IMG/VR virus record: IMGVR_UViG_3300048579_000395
Span: 1 to 44,030 of that record
Source of the DNA: a virus
Lineage: Duplodnaviria; Caudoviricetes
Length of the DNA: 44,030 nucleotides
Reading direction: 5' to 3' (one strand)
The notes beneath the pieces are model-generated. The model saw only the letters and a program-made list of their open reading frames with translations, made no database searches and was not told where the DNA came from. The position numbers were made by a program, and so were the translations under genes. The stretch's first letter is position 1; the number at the start of each line of letters is the position of its first letter. Shown piece by piece: positions 40,763 through 44,030 of this stretch.

Positions 40763-41386
40763 ATGGAGGTCTATTCCTTCGCCCCTACGACCGGAGAATA
40801 TGTCGGTACGCTCGCCGCTGATCCTGATCCGCTTGCCGAGGGGAAATGGCTCGTGCCGGCGTTCGCGACGTCGATAGCGCCGCCAGCCGCAGCGGCAGGC
40901 TTCGTGCGCGTGTTCTTAGGCGCCTGGTCGCTGATCGAAGATCACCGCGGCGAGACGTGGTGGCGCGGCCACGGAGATCCGGTGGTGATCGGCGAGATCG
41001 GTGCCGCCGCCGTCGCCGGCCTGAGTGAGGCGGAGCCGCCCGCGCCGGCGCCGACGCAAGCCGATCTGATCATTCATGCGGCCGTCGCCCGCTGGCGCAA
41101 GGAAACTGGCGGGATCACGATCGGCGGGTTGTCGATCGTCACCGATCGTGAAAGTCAAGCCATGGTCATCGGTGCGCATGCGTATGTCGTCGCCAATCCG
41201 GCGGCGGTCATCCAATGGAAAACGGCGGCTGGCTTTGTCGAGCTCGATGCTGCCCAGATCACGGCGCTGGCGCTCGCGGTCGGGTCGCACGTGCAGGCCT
41301 GTTTCGTCAAAGAGGCCGAAGTTGTCGGCACGATTGCCGAGTATGCGACCCTGGCCGAGATCGACGCGGCGTTTGCGGCGGTCTAG
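40763..41386 (+). CDS. Tail fibre assembly protein (Tfa plus DUF4376-like)
   Basis: TGEY, PA.AT...PP, W..IEDHRG; RW..ETGG, TDR.SQ, HVQACF. Confidence 0.85.
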   Translation: MEVYSFAPTTGEYVGTLAADPDPLAEGKWLVPAFATSIAPPAAAAGFVRVFLGAWSLIEDHRGETWWRGHGDPVVIGEIGAAAVAGLSEAEPPAPAPTQADLIIHAAVARWRKETGGITIGGLSIVTDRESQAMVIGAHAYVVANPAAVIQWKTAAGFVELDAAQITALALAVGSHVQACFVKEAEVVGTIAEYATLAEIDAAFAAV

Positions 41387-41421
41387 ACGGCATACTGATC
41401 ATCTTCGCACGGATTGTTTTT

Positions 41422-41450
41422 GGCGCCGTCCTCTTTGGGGCGGCGTTTTC
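41422..41450 (+). terminator. Intrinsic terminator after the tail operon
   Basis: GGCGCCGTCC...GGGCGGCGTT stem with G-U pairs, then T-rich run. Confidence 0.6.
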
Positions 41451-41482
41451 GTTTCGACGCACAGGCGAACAGGGGGACAGCG

Positions 41483-41716
41483 GTGTTCAAGCTACATGAC
41501 GATTGGGTGCGGATCGTGCGCTATGCGTGGTCGATCCGCCTGCTCGTGCTGCTGGCGCTGTTGAGCGGCTCCGAAGCCGCGATGCCGTTCGTCGTCGAGC
41601 GCTACGACGACGTGTTTCCCTGGCCGCATTGGGTCAATTACGTCGCGATCTTCGCCGTCACGATCGCAGCATTGGTCGCGCGTGTCGTGGCGCAGAAACG
41701 ATTTCAGGGGGTCTAA
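41483..41716 (+). CDS. Putative holin (two TM segments)
   Basis: W....AWSIR...ARVVAQ; directly upstream of lysozyme; GTG start. Confidence 0.7.
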   Translation: MFKLHDDWVRIVRYAWSIRLLVLLALLSGSEAAMPFVVERYDDVFPWPHWVNYVAIFAVTIAALVARVVAQKRFQGV

Positions 41717-41718
41717 CC

Positions 41719-42225
41719 ATGCTGCAGACCGTGAAGAAGCATCCCGGCAAGTCGGCGACGGCGGCGGCCGTCATGATGGCGGCGGCGGCCTTCATCACGC
41801 CGTGGGAAGGCGTCCGCCTCACCACCTACAAGGATATCGTCGGCGTCGACACGGTGTGCATCGGTGAGACCGACAAGGCGGCGGTCGCCGAAGGCAGGCG
41901 GCGCGCCTATATGCCGACCGAGTGCCGCGACATGCTGGTGCGGCGCCTGCCCGACTACGACACCGGCTTCATGCGGTGCGTCACGCGCGCCGACATTCCG
42001 GTGAGTGTGCATGTCGCCGGCATTTCGCTCGCCTACAATGTCGGCACCGGCGCCGTGTGCAAGTCGACCTTCGTGCGCCTGGTCAATGCCGGCGACTTCG
42101 CCGCCGCGTGCGACGCACTGCTGATGTTCAACCGGGCGGGCGGGCGCGTCGTCAAGGGGCTCGACAACCGCCGCCGCGCCGAGCGCGACTATTGCCTCGC
42201 GGGACTGCAGGGGCGCGGACCATGA
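41719..42225 (+). CDS. GH24 lysozyme, probable SAR endolysin
   Basis: Catalytic E-x8-D-x5-T (WEG..YKD.VGVDT), YNVG, GL.NRR.AE; Ala-rich N-terminus after KK. Confidence 0.92.
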   Translation: MLQTVKKHPGKSATAAAVMMAAAAFITPWEGVRLTTYKDIVGVDTVCIGETDKAAVAEGRRRAYMPTECRDMLVRRLPDYDTGFMRCVTRADIPVSVHVAGISLAYNVGTGAVCKSTFVRLVNAGDFAAACDALLMFNRAGGRVVKGLDNRRRAERDYCLAGLQGRGP

Positions 42226-42767
42226 TCGAGATCGCGCTTTCGGCCCTCGCCGCCAAGCTCGCGGCCCTCGGTCCGCTCGCCCTCGCCGGCGGTCCGCTCG
42301 GCGTTGCTATCGCCTGGGCCGGCGGCTTTGCGGGCAGCCGCGCCGTCAAGGTGGCGGCGATCGTCGCCGGCCTCGTCGTCGTGGTGGCGGTGACGGTCGG
42401 CCTCACGGTCCATGTCAAGAATCTGGAGCGGGACCGCGTCGCCTATCGGGCGCTGGTCGCCGAGGTCGACGCCCTCGCGCTCGCCTATGGGTGCCCGGCG
42501 CGCGTGGCGGCCGAACGCGCCTTGCCGGCCTGCCTCACGGCGCGCGACCGCGATGCCGAGCGCGCCAGGGCCGCCGAGCTGGCCCGCCAGCGGCGCGAAG
42601 GGGCGCAAGCGCAAACGGCACTCGATCGCGCCGACGCGGCAACGGATGCGGCCTCGGCGGCCGAGCAAGCCGCCATCCTTGAGGCGGCGCCGGCGGATGA
42701 CGGACCGGTGCCGCGCGTGCTCCTCGACGCCTGGTCGCGCAAGCGCAAGGAAAGGGGGCTCAAATGA
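42222..42767 (+). CDS. Putative i-spanin (Rz-like)
   Basis: N-terminal TM then coiled coil, after endolysin. Confidence 0.65.
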   Translation: MIEIALSALAAKLAALGPLALAGGPLGVAIAWAGGFAGSRAVKVAAIVAGLVVVVAVTVGLTVHVKNLERDRVAYRALVAEVDALALAYGCPARVAAERALPACLTARDRDAERARAAELARQRREGAQAQTALDRADAATDAASAAEQAAILEAAPADDGPVPRVLLDAWSRKRKERGLK

Positions 42768-43054
42768 GATCGCTGGTCGTCTCGCTTGCGGTGCTCGTCG
42801 CGGGATGCGCGAGCGTGCCGCCGGCGCCGGAGGTACCTGTCAGCGTGACGGTGCAGGGGCCGGCCTTCGCGAAAAGCCGGTTCGATTGCGGCGCTAAACC
42901 GGTGCCGCCCGATCCCGGCAAGGTCGACGGCCGCGGCGGATCGGCGGCGGCCTCTTACGAGGATCGAGCCGAGGTGTGGGGCCAGCGGTGCGCCAACAAG
43001 CTCAAGGCGGTCGGGGCCGAACTCGACGCGGCGGGACAGGTCGCCGGAAAGTAG
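42764..43054 (+). CDS. Putative o-spanin lipoprotein
   Basis: Lipobox LVAG|C; Pro-rich. Confidence 0.7.
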   Translation: MRSLVVSLAVLVAGCASVPPAPEVPVSVTVQGPAFAKSRFDCGAKPVPPDPGKVDGRGGSAAASYEDRAEVWGQRCANKLKAVGAELDAAGQVAGK

Positions 43055-43067
43055 AAAGGGGGCGGGG

Positions 43068-43514
43068 GTGGTGGACGGGGGGAGACAGGCGGCGCTGTCG
43101 ACGCGGGTCGACGGCATGGAAAAGTCGGTCGGTGAGCTGAAAGATGGGTTGATCGGGCTCGATACCAAGGTCGACCGCGGCTTCGCCGAATTCGGCCGCG
43201 AGCTGCGCGCCGCGGTGGCGACGCTCACGGCCCAATTGGGCCAGCAACAGAAACCGCAATGGGTCGTACTGATCTCGGCCGCCGGCCTGATCGTCACCGT
43301 GCTGGCGATGTTCGGACGGCAAGCGCTCGATCCCGTGCAAAGCGATCTCGTGCGCCTCAACGCCACGATCGGCGGCCTGGTCCCGCGCGAGGAATTCGTC
43401 ACCGTGCGCCGGCGCGTCGAGGAGCATGAAAGGCGCGTCTATGAGGAGCACCGCCGGGCGATCGAGCGCCTCGAAGCCGAAAACAACGCTTTGCGCGAGC
43501 GGGTGCCGCGGTGA
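43068..43514 (+). CDS. Coiled-coil single-TM membrane protein
   Basis: TM WVVLISAAGLIVTVLAMF flanked by heptad repeats. Confidence 0.7.
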   Translation: MVDGGRQAALSTRVDGMEKSVGELKDGLIGLDTKVDRGFAEFGRELRAAVATLTAQLGQQQKPQWVVLISAAGLIVTVLAMFGRQALDPVQSDLVRLNATIGGLVPREEFVTVRRRVEEHERRVYEEHRRAIERLEAENNALRERVPR

Positions 43515-43741
43515 ACCGGCATGGCGAGGCGGCCGAGCGGCGCGACGATCTCGACGCTGCGATCGAGGTTGCGGCCGGCGCCGATCATGGGGCGATCACG
43601 GGATGGCCCGGCCCGGCGACGCACGCGACGCCGTCGGCGCGCCGCATCGGCCATGTCCGCCGCGTCGTGATCGCCTTCCTGGCCGAGCTGCCGGACGAAT
43701 CCATGACCGTGCGCGAGCTGCGCGCGGAATTGGAGGACTGA
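43511..43741 (+). CDS. Hypothetical protein
   Basis: GTGA overlap; ends MTVRELRAELED. Confidence 0.6.
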   Translation: MNRHGEAAERRDDLDAAIEVAAGADHGAITGWPGPATHATPSARRIGHVRRVVIAFLAELPDESMTVRELRAELED

Positions 43742-43787
43742 CCGCACCCGGCGGTACCGGGCGATTGCCAACAGGAAGGACCAATCC

Positions 43788-44030
43788 ATGCCGGCCATGC
43801 GCGCCAAGATGCGCCTCAACCATATCGACAAGCGGAATGAAGGATACGAGACGCTGTATTTCAATCCGGTATCGGCCTCCAGGTATCCGCAGGATGGCAG
43901 CGACGAGGACAACACCTTCGCCAAGTTCTCGCCGTCCGGGATGCTTTCGCTCACGGTCGCCAATCCGGCGCTGATCGGCAGGTTCGCCGAGGGTGAGGTC
44001 TATTACCTGGATTTCACCAAGGCCGAGTGA
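43788..44030 (+). CDS. Conserved small phage protein (MRAKM...FAKFSPSG...YYLDFT)
   Basis: AGGAAGGA RBS; motif recalled from other phages. Confidence 0.75.
   Translation: MPAMRAKMRLNHIDKRNEGYETLYFNPVSASRYPQDGSDEDNTFAKFSPSGMLSLTVANPALIGRFAEGEVYYLDFTKAE

Noticed and set aside
37867-41386. DGR or invertase-driven tail fibre switching
   Set aside because: No reverse transcriptase, TR/VR pair, serine invertase or inverted fibre cassette seen by eye.

Overview
The window is a nearly complete, GC-rich temperate prophage, probably from an alphaproteobacterial (Rhizobiales-like) host. It is integrated at a tRNA-Thr(GGT) 3' end (att core 425-472); the right att is not in the window. From left to right it carries: a degenerate integrase remnant, the att site with flanking arm-like repeats, a separately promoted leftward accessory operon (acidic protein, Spo11/TopoVI-A-like Toprim protein, small ORFs, Aca-like HTH), a secreted 'moron' protein, tyrosine integrase and Xis, a cI/cro switch, early genes (SSB, HNH, adenine MTase, Prim-Pol/D5 primase-helicase), an iteron origin, a late control region, a lambda-type cos/terminase/gpW/portal module, protease and capsid, a Mu-type contractile tail and baseplate with two fibres, and a holin/SAR-lysozyme/spanin cassette. 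The most notable signals are: (i) an acr-aca-like autoregulated operon with a Spo11-like nuclease; (ii) a bipartite non-coding motif shared between the int 3' end and the capsid leader; (iii) a CI lacking both autocleavage residues next to a LexA box; (iv) a free-standing copy of the primase C-terminal winged helix with an SSB-like tail; (v) a capsid precursor with an N-terminal hydrophobic anchor. All calls come from manual reading; no searches were run.
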